From positions 6,236-70,235 of the forward strand of contig CBHYLN010000006.1 of assembly GCA_966128725.1 (NCBI GenBank): DNA of 64,000 nucleotides. The letters are read 5' to 3'. The stretch is from an uncultured bacterium. Its GTDB lineage: Bacteria > Bacteroidota > Ignavibacteria > OLB7. The position numbers were made by a program, and so were the translations under genes. The notes beneath the pieces are model-generated. The model did not search any database. It saw only the letters and a program-made list of their open reading frames with translations, and had not been told where the DNA came from. This document shows, one piece after another, positions 30,058-40,003 of the stretch (its first letter is position 1; each line of letters opens with the position of its first letter).

Positions 30058-30789
30058 TCACGCTCCTTTGCGCCTGGGCCGTGCTTCGGGCGTACCGCGC
30101 GGGCGCGTCGCCTGGCGTGGAGACTCCTCGCGTTGCACGAACACGCTGTTGGCCAGCTTGTCGGAAACCACGGTGTCGCGCCCGTTGGCCACCAACCGCA
30201 CCGAGCCGTCGAAGGAGATTTTCTCCAGCACATGCACCTGCGCCGCCAGCGACAATCCAAGCGACGATGCGTAGCGCAGAATCTCCGGGAACTCGTCGCT
30301 CACCCGTGCAACAGTTGCAAGCTCGCCCGGCGCCAGATCGGCCAGCGGCACCAGAACACGCTCCACCACCTCGCCCTTCTTGTTCGGGATCGGGTCGCCA
30401 TGCGGATCGTGCGTGGGGAAGCCCAGGAACTGCTCCAGGCGGTCGATCAGGTCGTCGGAATCGATGTGCTCCAGCTCGTCGGCCAGATCGTGTACCTGAT
30501 CCCACTCGAACCCGAGATGCTGAATCAGGAACACCTCCCACAACCGATGCCGGCGCGTAACGTTCACGGCCAGGTCGCGGCCCGCCTTGGTGAGGCGTAC
30601 ACCCTGATACCGCTGATAACTCAGCAACCCGCCCTCGGCCAGGCGCCTCGCCATCTCGGTGACGGCCGATGCGCTGATAGCCAGTTCGCGCGCCACCGCC
30701 GTGGTGGACGCCTTGCCATCGCGCTGCTCCAAGCGATACATGGACCGGAGATAATTCTCGACGGTATGGTTAACTTCAATTTTCACCAT
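30058..30789 (-). CDS. DtxR/MntR-family metal-dependent transcriptional regulator with C-terminal FeoA/SH3-like domain
   Basis: N-terminal HTH (TTAVARELAISASAVTEMARRL). Metal-site region (RRHRLWEVFL, HDPHGDPIP). C-terminal FeoA-like segment. Confidence 0.8.
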   Translation of the reverse strand: MVKIEVNHTVENYLRSMYRLEQRDGKASTTAVARELAISASAVTEMARRLAEGGLLSYQRYQGVRLTKAGRDLAVNVTRRHRLWEVFLIQHLGFEWDQVHDLADELEHIDSDDLIDRLEQFLGFPTHDPHGDPIPNKKGEVVERVLVPLADLAPGELATVARVSDEFPEILRYASSLGLSLAAQVHVLEKISFDGSVRLVANGRDTVVSDKLANSVFVQREESPRQATRPRGTPEARPRRKGA

Positions 30790-30898
30790 GCTTAACTTTT
30801 AATATAGGCAAACATGATCCAAGAAGTCAAACAACCTTGCCAACACCCCATCAACTCCCCCATTTTGATATCTTCGTGCGGCACATTCGGAACCAATT

Positions 30899-32515
30899 AT
30901 GGCAACTACTGAACATCAGATACAGAACGGCGTTGGCGATATCGTAGCGCCCACGGCAATCACGGACACGCCCGTCGACCCGATGGAGCGGCTTGCAGAC
31001 ATGCGGGCGGCGTCACGCATGGGCGGTGGTGAAAAGCGCATCGCCGATCAGCACAAGAAAGGCAAGCTGACCGCGCGCGAACGGCTGGAGATCCTTCTGG
31101 ACGACGGCAGTTTTGTTGAGATCGACGCGTTCGTGCAACATCGGTCGCACGATTTCGGGCTGGCCGAACAACGTTTCCTGGGCGACGGCGTGGTAACCGG
31201 CACCGGAACGGTCAACGGTCGTACGGTGTGTGTGTTCTCGCAGGACTTCACGGTGTTCGGCGGCTCGTTGTCGGAAGCACATGCCGAGAAGATTGTCAAG
31301 GTGATGGACCTGGCGATGAAGATCGGCGTGCCGGTGGTTGGGCTGAACGATTCCGGCGGCGCGCGCATTCAGGAGGGTGTGGTGTCGCTGGGAGGTTATG
31401 CCGACATCTTCCTCCGCAACACGCTGGCATCCGGCGTTGTGCCGCAGATCTCGGCGGTGCTGGGCCCGTGCGCCGGCGGCGCGGTGTATTCGCCCGCCAT
31501 TACGGATTTCGTGGTAATGGCCCGCAACAGCAGCTACATGTTCGTTACTGGCCCCAACGTGGTGAAAACGGTTACCCACGAGGACGTAACGCAGGAGGAG
31601 CTGGGCGGCGCGATGACGCATGCCTCGAAGTCCGGCGTGGCGCATTTCGCGGCCAACGATGAAGTGGACGCGTTGATGACGATCCGCAAGCTGCTGGGCT
31701 ACATGCCGCTGAACAACCGCGAGCAGGCGCCCGTGATCGATATGGACGATCCGGTTGACCGGCGCGACCACATGTTGAACGCAATTGTTCCGGATAATCC
31801 GAACAAGCCGTACGACATGAAGGACGTGATCAATCGCGTGGTGGACGAGGGGTCGTTTCTGGAAGTTCATGCCGATTATGCCCCCAACATCATCGTCGGC
31901 TTCGCGCGGCTTGGCGGCACGTCGGTGGGCATTGTGGCAAACCAGCCGGAGTCGCTGGCCGGCGTGCTCGATATCGACGCATCGGTAAAGGGCGCGCGTT
32001 TCGTCCGGTTCTGCGACTGCTTCAATATCCCGCTGGTGGTGTTCGAGGACGTGCCCGGCTTCCTGCCCGGCACCGATCAGGAATGGCGCGGCATCATCCG
32101 CCACGGCGCGAAGCTGCTGTACGCCTTCTGCGAGGCAACGGTGCCAAAGATGACGGTTATCACCCGCAAGGCATACGGCGGCGCCTACGATGTTATGAAC
32201 AGCAAGCACATCCGCGGCGACTACAACATCGCCTGGCCCAGCGCCGAGATTGCCGTGATGGGCAGCAAGGGCGCTGTGGAGATTCTGTTCCGACGTGAGA
32301 TTCAGGACTCGGCCGACCCCGAACGGGCCGTGGCGGAGAAGGAAGCGGAGTATCGTGCCAAGTTCGCGCACCCGTATCTGGCGGCCGAGCGTGGCTTCAT
32401 CGACGACGTGATCGAACCGGCCGATACACGACCACGGCTTATCCACGCGTTGCGCCTGCTGAAGAACAAGCAGGATTCCAACCCATGGAAGAAGCACGGC
32501 AACATACCGCTGTAG
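30899..32515 (+). CDS. pccB: acyl-CoA carboxylase carboxyltransferase subunit (propionyl-CoA carboxylase beta / methylmalonyl-CoA carboxyltransferase)
   Basis: 538 aa. Two carboxyltransferase half-domains; diagnostic stretches [38 protein letters not shown]. Confidence 0.85.
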   Translation: MATTEHQIQNGVGDIVAPTAITDTPVDPMERLADMRAASRMGGGEKRIADQHKKGKLTARERLEILLDDGSFVEIDAFVQHRSHDFGLAEQRFLGDGVVTGTGTVNGRTVCVFSQDFTVFGGSLSEAHAEKIVKVMDLAMKIGVPVVGLNDSGGARIQEGVVSLGGYADIFLRNTLASGVVPQISAVLGPCAGGAVYSPAITDFVVMARNSSYMFVTGPNVVKTVTHEDVTQEELGGAMTHASKSGVAHFAANDEVDALMTIRKLLGYMPLNNREQAPVIDMDDPVDRRDHMLNAIVPDNPNKPYDMKDVINRVVDEGSFLEVHADYAPNIIVGFARLGGTSVGIVANQPESLAGVLDIDASVKGARFVRFCDCFNIPLVVFEDVPGFLPGTDQEWRGIIRHGAKLLYAFCEATVPKMTVITRKAYGGAYDVMNSKHIRGDYNIAWPSAEIAVMGSKGAVEILFRREIQDSADPERAVAEKEAEYRAKFAHPYLAAERGFIDDVIEPADTRPRLIHALRLLKNKQDSNPWKKHGNIPL

Positions 32516-32655
32516 CAGGAGCACCGGCCGGGCGCATGGTGTTGGCAGCGCCATTGGCCGATACCCTGAAATTTTTGTGGCGCGACTTGCTACATCTGCA
32601 TATCTTTGGCACGGCTCCTAATCGGAAACACGAAAACACCCGTCCCGATATACCA

Positions 32656-32690
32656 GGCCCCGGCATCGATCCGGGGCCTTCCTTTTTTCC
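32656..32690. terminator. bidirectional intrinsic terminator (pccB + / FG-GAP protein -)
   Basis: GGCCCCGG-CATCGAT-CCGGGGCC hairpin followed by TTCCTTTTTTCC. Confidence 0.65.
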
Positions 32691-32738
32691 GAAGTGCCCG
32701 GCACCATCGCGCCACACCGGGAGAATGCCACCAGAACG

Positions 32739-35651
32739 CTAACGCACCACCAGGCTGCGCACCGAACACCGCCCGGCGATATCCACTCTTACGAAGTACA
32801 GGCCGGCAGGCATGCCCAGTGCCCGGGTATCGATTGCCAGATCGTGCGGGCCGGCATTCATCATCTCATCATACATGTAGCCACCAATCGCGGCACCCAA
32901 TGCATCGTATATCCGAAGGCGCACCGGGAGGCGTGCCGGCAACACCAGGCGCACGCGTGCCTGCCCGGTTGTCGGGTTCGGCGTGATATCAAACGCCGCC
33001 GAGAGGGCCGCCTCCGCTCGCGACATCTCGACGCCTGAAGACGGGTTGCCGCCGTAGAACAACAGATCCTGATTGTCGCGGCCCACGTACAGATCGGGCA
33101 GCCCGTCCGCGTTGAAATCGGCGAAGGCCAGACACTTCGCCATCATTCTCGTCTGGAAATCCTGGTTACGGAAATAACGCCCACCAACGGAACTGACGGC
33201 GAAGGTGCTGTCCAGCTCGGCAACAACGATGTTATCCGACCCGGCAATAACGATTTCATTGCGGCCATTGCCATCCAGATCGTACGCGGCCACGGCCCAG
33301 CATTGCTGAGCGGCCACCGATACCGGAATCCTGTTGATCTGCGGACGCCCGACGCTATCGCGCGCTCCGGTGATTTGATAATAGATATCGCTGGCAAGCA
33401 CGCTGCCGGTGGTTTCCCATACGCCCTGTTTACCGGTGTTGGCAGGATCAACAAAGATGGCGGCATTGGCGAAGTTGCGCTGAAGATACCCGGCCGCGAT
33501 CTGATAGCCCGGCGAGGCAGCGGGATACGTTGTCGTGGACAGGTACAGCGCGGAAGCCCCCATATAGTTGGTGATGATCAGATCCTTCCAACCATCGCCG
33601 TTAACGTCGGCGGCATCAACGGTCCGGTTCCACCCGGAGTTTGCCGGAAGCCATTGCGAGGAATCCACGAATCGATGCGCGCCGGCATTCCAGAGGAAGA
33701 GCTTGCTGACGCCCAGGCCGGGCGGAAGGTTCCCGATAGGCAGAACGAGATCCGGATTGTGGTCGTTATCCAAATCGATGAACCGCGCACGGTTCACCAG
33801 GCCGATGGAGGCCAGTTCCGGCAACCATCGGGCGGTGGAGTCCACAAACCGCGGCGTCCCCTGCGCATCATTGCCGGCATTACACAGCAATATGGAGTTT
33901 GCGTTGCCCGCAAGAAGAACATCGGGCCGGCCATCGGCATTGATATCGGCCGCGGCCACACCGTGGCAGGGGCCCACAAGCAACGGGATCGCGCCCGATC
34001 GATCCTCGAATCGTGCGTGGCCATCGGGGGTATTCTCCACGTTGATCAACAGAGTGAACGGGTTCGCGTCATCGTTCGCCGCAATCACATCCATCCTGCC
34101 GTCACCGTTGAAATCGGCCACGGCCACATCCTCGGTGTTGGCACCCTCCGGCGGCAGATTGGTTTCGGTGGCGTCAACAAACGTGCCGTTCGGGCTCTGC
34201 AGCAAAACCCGGTTCTGCTCGTTCGAATTGGCCATCGCGATATCCTTGCGGCCATCACCGTCGAGATCGGCCACAACCATTCCCATCGAGCCGAACTGAT
34301 GCGGACGCCCGGTTCCGGGGTGCAAGGGCAACCTGTCCGTTGCATCCACGAAGCGCCCCCCACCCTGATTGATCAACAGTTCGTTCGCGAGCCCGGCAAC
34401 CACGATGTCTGGAAGGCTGTCGCCGTTGATATCCGTCAGCTCCACGCGAATACCGGTCTGCTTTAGTGGCCGATTCGGCGGCAGCAACGAATCGGTGGCA
34501 TCGGTGAATCGGCCCGCGCCGTTGTTCAGATACAGCCGGGTGCGCCCAAGCGTAGGGTCGGCCGTAGGACGCCAGTCGTTGGCGACAACCAGATCGACGT
34601 CACCATCGCGATCAACATCGCCGGCGGCTGCCGAGGTCGAGCCCAGAAACGCGCGCGGGAATCGCGTGGAGTCGTACGCGAACCGCGACGTGCCGTCGCC
34701 GTAGTTGATGTATACCCGGCTCAGGTAGTCATCCACCTTATAAAGGGAACCCACATCGTTGTACAGGTAGTAGTTGGACACAAAGACGTCGTCCCAGGAG
34801 TCGCCGTTAAAATCGGCCACGACAACGTCCGTGGAAATATCCTCGGCTGTGGCGATACGGCTGGTCTCGGTGAGGTCAAGAAAATCCGGAACACCATCGC
34901 CACCCTCATCAGGGCGCCCCAGATAGATGTTCTCGTGCAACAGATCGGCCATCGGGCCCAGATAGAAGAGATTCGATTTCATCAATCCGGGCCACGGGAA
35001 TAATCTCAGCCCGCCGTTTGCGATAACCAGATCCGGGATATGGTCCTTGTTGAAATCGCCGGCGGCAATCCCCATGCTGAAGTTGATGGTGTCGCGGCGC
35101 TGCACGCGCTGGCATGTGAAGTCCACACCGTTAAGAAGCTGGGGCCCTAACGGCAGGTTGTTGCTGGCTTCCACGAAACCGCCGCGCCCGGTGTTCAGCA
35201 GGATCTGATCGTGGCCGGGCATCAGGCTGCACGCCGATCCGGACTCGGTTCCATCGTCCGGACCACGCGAGACAATCAAATCCACCCGACCGTCATGGTT
35301 GATATCAACGGGAAGCAGGTCGTAGCTCCCACCCGGAGCCTGCCAGCTCGCGGTATCGGGCAGGCGTTGGAAGCCCGCGTGGCCATCGTTCATATACACC
35401 TGCATCGGCTGGAACGAGCGTCCCACCACCAAATCCAGGTCGTTGTCGGAATCGATGTCGATGGCGGCGATGCACCAATTTCCGCCCGTCCCGTACGGCC
35501 TGCCGGTATAGCCGGGCAATGTGAATTCACGAATCGACTGCGCGGAAAGTCTCTGGGCAAGCCCTGAGGCAAGCACAACAAGAACCACGGATGCAATCAT
35601 GCAACCGACATCCGAATAACGCCAGGTATGGGCCATCACGTCTCCTTGCAA
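32739..35651 (-). CDS. FG-GAP/VCBS-repeat (beta-propeller) protein with type-A T9SS C-terminal sorting domain
   Basis: 970 aa. Signal peptide, many D.D.DG..D...G FG-GAP-like Ca-binding repeats, C-terminal ~80 aa ending ...GLYFVRVDIAGRCSVRSLVVR typical of Por-secretion CTDs. Confidence 0.65.
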   Translation of the reverse strand: MQGDVMAHTWRYSDVGCMIASVVLVVLASGLAQRLSAQSIREFTLPGYTGRPYGTGGNWCIAAIDIDSDNDLDLVVGRSFQPMQVYMNDGHAGFQRLPDTASWQAPGGSYDLLPVDINHDGRVDLIVSRGPDDGTESGSACSLMPGHDQILLNTGRGGFVEASNNLPLGPQLLNGVDFTCQRVQRRDTINFSMGIAAGDFNKDHIPDLVIANGGLRLFPWPGLMKSNLFYLGPMADLLHENIYLGRPDEGGDGVPDFLDLTETSRIATAEDISTDVVVADFNGDSWDDVFVSNYYLYNDVGSLYKVDDYLSRVYINYGDGTSRFAYDSTRFPRAFLGSTSAAAGDVDRDGDVDLVVANDWRPTADPTLGRTRLYLNNGAGRFTDATDSLLPPNRPLKQTGIRVELTDINGDSLPDIVVAGLANELLINQGGGRFVDATDRLPLHPGTGRPHQFGSMGMVVADLDGDGRKDIAMANSNEQNRVLLQSPNGTFVDATETNLPPEGANTEDVAVADFNGDGRMDVIAANDDANPFTLLINVENTPDGHARFEDRSGAIPLLVGPCHGVAAADINADGRPDVLLAGNANSILLCNAGNDAQGTPRFVDSTARWLPELASIGLVNRARFIDLDNDHNPDLVLPIGNLPPGLGVSKLFLWNAGAHRFVDSSQWLPANSGWNRTVDAADVNGDGWKDLIITNYMGASALYLSTTTYPAASPGYQIAAGYLQRNFANAAIFVDPANTGKQGVWETTGSVLASDIYYQITGARDSVGRPQINRIPVSVAAQQCWAVAAYDLDGNGRNEIVIAGSDNIVVAELDSTFAVSSVGGRYFRNQDFQTRMMAKCLAFADFNADGLPDLYVGRDNQDLLFYGGNPSSGVEMSRAEAALSAAFDITPNPTTGQARVRLVLPARLPVRLRIYDALGAAIGGYMYDEMMNAGPHDLAIDTRALGMPAGLYFVRVDIAGRCSVRSLVVR

Positions 35652-35729
35652 GGATCACCACGAATCGATTGCCGCGTATCACGGCAACCGACAATTGCGC
35701 ACCGGATTATCAGAATCATTCCCCATCAT

Positions 35730-36938
35730 TCATCGCGCGTCGATCGACGCCTGCCGCCGGACGGCCGGGCGGGCAATCGTGTCGCGCAACATCCGCAACG
35801 GCCGTACCAGCCGATACATCCACGCATGGCGCGGCGCCAGCGAAATCATCGCACGATCGCGTTCGTTTGGCGTGAACGTCCAGAACCACAGGTAATGGGC
35901 GCGGTCACGCAGGCGCTCGCGCATGGCCATCAGAAATTGATGCGAGCCTCGGGCGTCAAGATACTGGCGGTCATCCACCAACAGGCGCCGAATCACGCCC
36001 GCGGCAAGGCTGGCCGCGGCACGGTTGGCGGCAACGGCGTTGCCAACAGGCTCCGGCAGCCGTGCCCCCCACAGATCAACCGCCAGATGCAGCGCCAGAT
36101 GCAGCATCCGCTCGGCGCCAAGTTCCCGGGCATCGTGGGAAACCCGGTCCCAATCAAGACCCGGCTCGGCGACGATAAGTCGCTCGATATCATACGACCA
36201 TGCCAGAATTGCCCAGGCATGTTTGGAGCCGTGTACCGCAAGTGTCAGCAGCAGGTGCTCCGGCGACATCGCCAACACGTCGGCGCCAAGCATTCGTCCC
36301 TGGCGCAGCCCACCCCAGAACTCAGCCGTATCCAGCGGGAAGTAGATATAACGATCGAACAGGCGCCAATGCAACTCCAGATGCACCGCCGACTCCGGGC
36401 GTCGGAAATTTCGGTCGTGCTCGAATCGCACGAAGATCTCCTCCTGGCGGCCATCGATCGCCGGAAACGCCTGGAATCCAGCCTCCTTCAGCACGGCCAT
36501 CGCCCGCAGGGCATTGTGCTGCTCCACAACGATGTCGATATCGCTGAACGACCGCATCGCAAGATTTCCATGCAACAGCAACGCAAGCGCAGGCCCCTTG
36601 ATCGGCAGCACCCGAATGTTGGCATCCAAAAGCAAGGCGATCACGTGCAGAAGTTCGGAGGTCAGGCGAAGATTATTGCGGGCGATCGCGTCGGTATTGG
36701 CGCGCAGCTCGGCAACAAACGCCTCCGGGAAACGATCAACGCCGATATGCTCCACAGCCGCGCGCAACTGCGGCGTAAGCCGATGCTGGAATGCAAACGC
36801 AAGCAGGCGTGCAGGATCAACCGCGCCGAGGATGCCGGCCGGAACCCCGCCGCCATCGGGTACATCGCCGTGCATCAAGGCAACCAGCAGCGCGGCCTCG
36901 GGCCTCGTGTCGGCAGGGATGTTCGGCTTGAAGTTCAT
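35730..36938 (-). CDS. uncharacterised nucleotidyltransferase (NTP_transf_5-like)
   Basis: 403 aa from the ATG at 36936-36938. Pol-beta-like NTase core (G..LLHG......SDIDIVV) and following helical domain as in PF14907-type proteins. Confidence 0.55.
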   Translation of the reverse strand: MNFKPNIPADTRPEAALLVALMHGDVPDGGGVPAGILGAVDPARLLAFAFQHRLTPQLRAAVEHIGVDRFPEAFVAELRANTDAIARNNLRLTSELLHVIALLLDANIRVLPIKGPALALLLHGNLAMRSFSDIDIVVEQHNALRAMAVLKEAGFQAFPAIDGRQEEIFVRFEHDRNFRRPESAVHLELHWRLFDRYIYFPLDTAEFWGGLRQGRMLGADVLAMSPEHLLLTLAVHGSKHAWAILAWSYDIERLIVAEPGLDWDRVSHDARELGAERMLHLALHLAVDLWGARLPEPVGNAVAANRAAASLAAGVIRRLLVDDRQYLDARGSHQFLMAMRERLRDRAHYLWFWTFTPNERDRAMISLAPRHAWMYRLVRPLRMLRDTIARPAVRRQASIDAR

Positions 36939-37180
36939 CGGCGCAAGATAGGGCCTGGGCGGCGGACACATCGCAGCCATACGCCAGCCCCCTGCCCACG
37001 ATCCGCTCCCGACAACCTGCGCAACCTTCGCCGGATTGGCGTCCGGGCTTGCGTGGTGAATCGGCGATGTGCAGCCATCGTGCCGTACCGGCCAACACAT
37101 CCCCGTTGCAAAGTGAACGTAGGCTGGGCGGCCGGGGCGCTTTATCTTGCACGGCGAATTCCAGAAACGTTCCCCTCAAC

Positions 37181-37777
37181 ATGCTGTATACGTCGGAGTC
37201 TCTCGAAGCCGCCATCGAACATCTCAGCCGCCTGCCAACCATTGGCAGGAAAACGGCTCAGCGCATCGCCATGTATCTCCTGAAACAGCCTCATGAGGAT
37301 GTTGTGGGGTTGGCCGAGGCGTTGATCGGCATGAAGGAGCGCACACATTATTGTTCGGTGTGCCAGAACATTACCGAAACCGATCCATGCCCGATCTGCG
37401 AGTCGCCGAAACGCGACCGCTCGCTGGTATGCGTGGTTGAGGAACCAAGCGATGTGCTGGCGGTGGAGAAGACCAACGATTACACCGGCCTGTACCATGT
37501 GCTGGGCGGCGTGATCAATCCGCTGGACGGAGTAGGGCCGGAGGAACTGAAGGTGCGCGAGCTTCTGGTGCGCATTCAGGAAGGGGTCAGCGAGGTTATC
37601 CTGGCCTTGAATCCGAATGTGGAAGGCGAGATGACAACGCTGTACCTGGCGAAGATGCTGAAACCATTCGAGGTGAAGGTGACGCGTATCGCGCGAGGCA
37701 TTCCGCTTGGCAGCGAGCTGCAGTTCATCGACGAGGCAACAATCTCGCGAGCGATGGAAGGGCGCGTGGCCGTATAG
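37181..37777 (+). CDS. recR: recombination protein RecR
   Basis: HhH ([17 protein letters not shown]), C4 zinc finger ([16 protein letters not shown]), Toprim. 198 aa from the ATG at 37181. Confidence 0.85.
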   Translation: MLYTSESLEAAIEHLSRLPTIGRKTAQRIAMYLLKQPHEDVVGLAEALIGMKERTHYCSVCQNITETDPCPICESPKRDRSLVCVVEEPSDVLAVEKTNDYTGLYHVLGGVINPLDGVGPEELKVRELLVRIQEGVSEVILALNPNVEGEMTTLYLAKMLKPFEVKVTRIARGIPLGSELQFIDEATISRAMEGRVAV

Positions 37778-37901
37778 CCACCCCAGCCGATCGCCGGGCG
37801 CCATGATGCCGCACGGCGCACCCGGCTCCCCGCAAACGCCGGCCCCATATGGCACGGCGACTTTTGATACACGATTCAACCGAGTCACGACAGATCCGCG
37901 C

Positions 37902-38753
37902 ATGATGACCGACATACCGGCAACCGCAACCGGAGCAAATTCCGGAAACGGAGATGATGCCGACTGGTTCGAGGAATGGTTCCGCAGCGACTTCTATCTG
38001 AAGCTTTACAGCCACCGCGATCATCGCGAGGCCGACGCATGCGTTGACCTGATTCTCCGCTCGGTGAACATGCGATTGGGCCAGGATGGCCCGGCACACG
38101 CACTGGATCTGGCCTGCGGCCCCGGGCGGCATGCGATCGCGCTGGCCACGCGCGGGCTGGCCGTTACGGCGGTGGACCTGTCCCCCACCCTGCTGGCCTA
38201 CGCCATGGCCGAGGCGCGTGCCGCCGGCACGGATGTAAAGTTCGTGCGGTCCGACATGCGGGACATCGATTTCCAGGGGGAGTTCGATCTGGTATTGCAG
38301 CTTTTCACCAGCTTCGGTTACTTCGATGACCATGCCGACGATGCTCTGGTGCTGGAACGGGTTCGTGGCGCGTTGATCCCCGGCGGTTATTACGTGCTCG
38401 ATCTGATCAACGAGCGGAATCTCCGCGAGACGCTGGTGCCGCGGAGCGTGAAGCATGTTGACGGGCTGGAGGTTGTGGAACAGCGCCGGATTGTTGGCGA
38501 CCGTGTGGAGAAGGAAATCACGATCCCCGGGGCAGACAACGCGCCGCACAGGTTCGTGGAATCGGTGCGGTTGTATTCGCCGGAGACTATCGAAGGCATG
38601 CTGTACGATGCCGGATTCTCACCGGTACATTGGTTTGGCAGCTACCAGGGCGAGCGGTTCGACCCTTCGACTTCGGAGCGCATGCTGGTTATCAGCCGTA
38701 CCGAACCAGGCGCAGGTGAGGCCCTTGCCGGCCCGGGCAACAGCATGCCGTAA
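37902..38753 (+). CDS. class I SAM-dependent methyltransferase (paralog of 28767..29507)
   Basis: ALDLACGPGRHAIALATRG, VDLSPTLLAYA, FTSFGYFDDHADD align with the other methyltransferase in the window. Start taken at ATG 37902; the track ORF begins 37707. Confidence 0.65.
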   Translation: MMTDIPATATGANSGNGDDADWFEEWFRSDFYLKLYSHRDHREADACVDLILRSVNMRLGQDGPAHALDLACGPGRHAIALATRGLAVTAVDLSPTLLAYAMAEARAAGTDVKFVRSDMRDIDFQGEFDLVLQLFTSFGYFDDHADDALVLERVRGALIPGGYYVLDLINERNLRETLVPRSVKHVDGLEVVEQRRIVGDRVEKEITIPGADNAPHRFVESVRLYSPETIEGMLYDAGFSPVHWFGSYQGERFDPSTSERMLVISRTEPGAGEALAGPGNSMP

Positions 38754-38770
38754 TCAGGATTCATCGATCG

Positions 38771-39406
38771 ATGCCAGGCAGAACCTCCATACCGTTTGCA
38801 ACGGCGATCCCGCAACTGCTGGCGGGCGCATTGGCGCTTGGCTGCATGCTGGCGCTTGCATCGTGTGGATTGTTCGACACACGCGATCCCGAGAATCCGA
38901 TCAATGCCGGCTCCACGTTCGAACCGCCAACCACGCCAAGCGTTGTGCTGCACAACCTTGCCAGCTCATTAAACGAGGCGAACGCCGCCGACTACCGCAA
39001 GTGTTTCGGGGATACGGCGCTGGGCCTTACTCCGTTCTTCTTCGTTGCGTCGGCGCAGGGGATCTCCGCCGCGCCGAACAAGTTCGCGCAATGGGGGGTC
39101 GACCAGGAGGAGCAGTACATCCGGAACATCTTCTCCGAGCTGGAACAGGGCGGTGTCTGTTCGGTGGTGTTCACCCCGGCCGACGTTACCGACGTACCGA
39201 TAGCCGATTCGGTATCGTTCAGCGCAAGTTATTCGGCGCGGTTCCCGCATACTCGCGACGGCGCCGAGCGCGAAGCCGAGGGCACGATGTACCTTACGTT
39301 TCGCATGTCCAAACAGAACGAGTGGTACATCTCCTCCTGGCGCGATGTTGCCGCGCAGGGCAAGACCAGTTGGTCGTTGATCAAGGCCCGATTCATTGAT
39401 CGCTAA
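38771..39406 (+). CDS. hypothetical lipoprotein
   Basis: Lipobox LALASCG. 211 aa. C-terminal WYISSWRD motif shared with the next ORF. Confidence 0.5.
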   Translation: MPGRTSIPFATAIPQLLAGALALGCMLALASCGLFDTRDPENPINAGSTFEPPTTPSVVLHNLASSLNEANAADYRKCFGDTALGLTPFFFVASAQGISAAPNKFAQWGVDQEEQYIRNIFSELEQGGVCSVVFTPADVTDVPIADSVSFSASYSARFPHTRDGAEREAEGTMYLTFRMSKQNEWYISSWRDVAAQGKTSWSLIKARFIDR

Positions 39407-39487
39407 GGCATGCCGCCCGCGATTGCCCGCCATGCGCGTGATGCAGCCGAATGCGCGCGTAGAATGCTTCGCCCGTGAACTTCAGCG

Positions 39488-40003
39488 ATGACAACAACAC
39501 AACGATATGTTCTGCTGACAGCATTGGCGGCCGCACTGGCTGGCTGCACAAATCCGTTTGCGCCCAAGCTGGAACCCGAGCTGTTGCCGAACACCACGGT
39601 GTTGGGCGATCAGCGCACGGTAAGCGGCGTGTTCCAGAACGTTCAGTACGCCTACACGTTCCGCGACACGCTGATCTACGCAAACCTGCTCCACCCCGAG
39701 TTCCAATTCCGCTACTACAATCCCGATCGCGCATCCGATGTCACGTTCAACCGCGACGAAGAGGTGCGCACCACGTACAACCTGTTTCGCGGCGCCGATC
39801 AGATCGACCTGCAATGGAACGACATCCTCTCGCAGGAGGGGGATTCGCTGCTGGTTGATGTAACGCGCGCATACACGCTGAAGGTTGCGCTGCAGGCCAA
39901 CGATGTGTTCCGCATCGAAGGGCGTGCTACGCTCAGGCTTGTACGAACCACTCCCAACGACATATGGCTTATTCGAAGCTGGCGCGACGACTCAAGTTTC
40001 TGA
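39488..40003 (+). CDS. hypothetical lipoprotein (paralog of 38771..39406)
   Basis: Lipobox ALAGCT. 171 aa. Shares C-terminal W[LY]I[RS]SWRD motif and overall pattern with the upstream lipoprotein. Confidence 0.5.
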   Translation: MTTTQRYVLLTALAAALAGCTNPFAPKLEPELLPNTTVLGDQRTVSGVFQNVQYAYTFRDTLIYANLLHPEFQFRYYNPDRASDVTFNRDEEVRTTYNLFRGADQIDLQWNDILSQEGDSLLVDVTRAYTLKVALQANDVFRIEGRATLRLVRTTPNDIWLIRSWRDDSSF

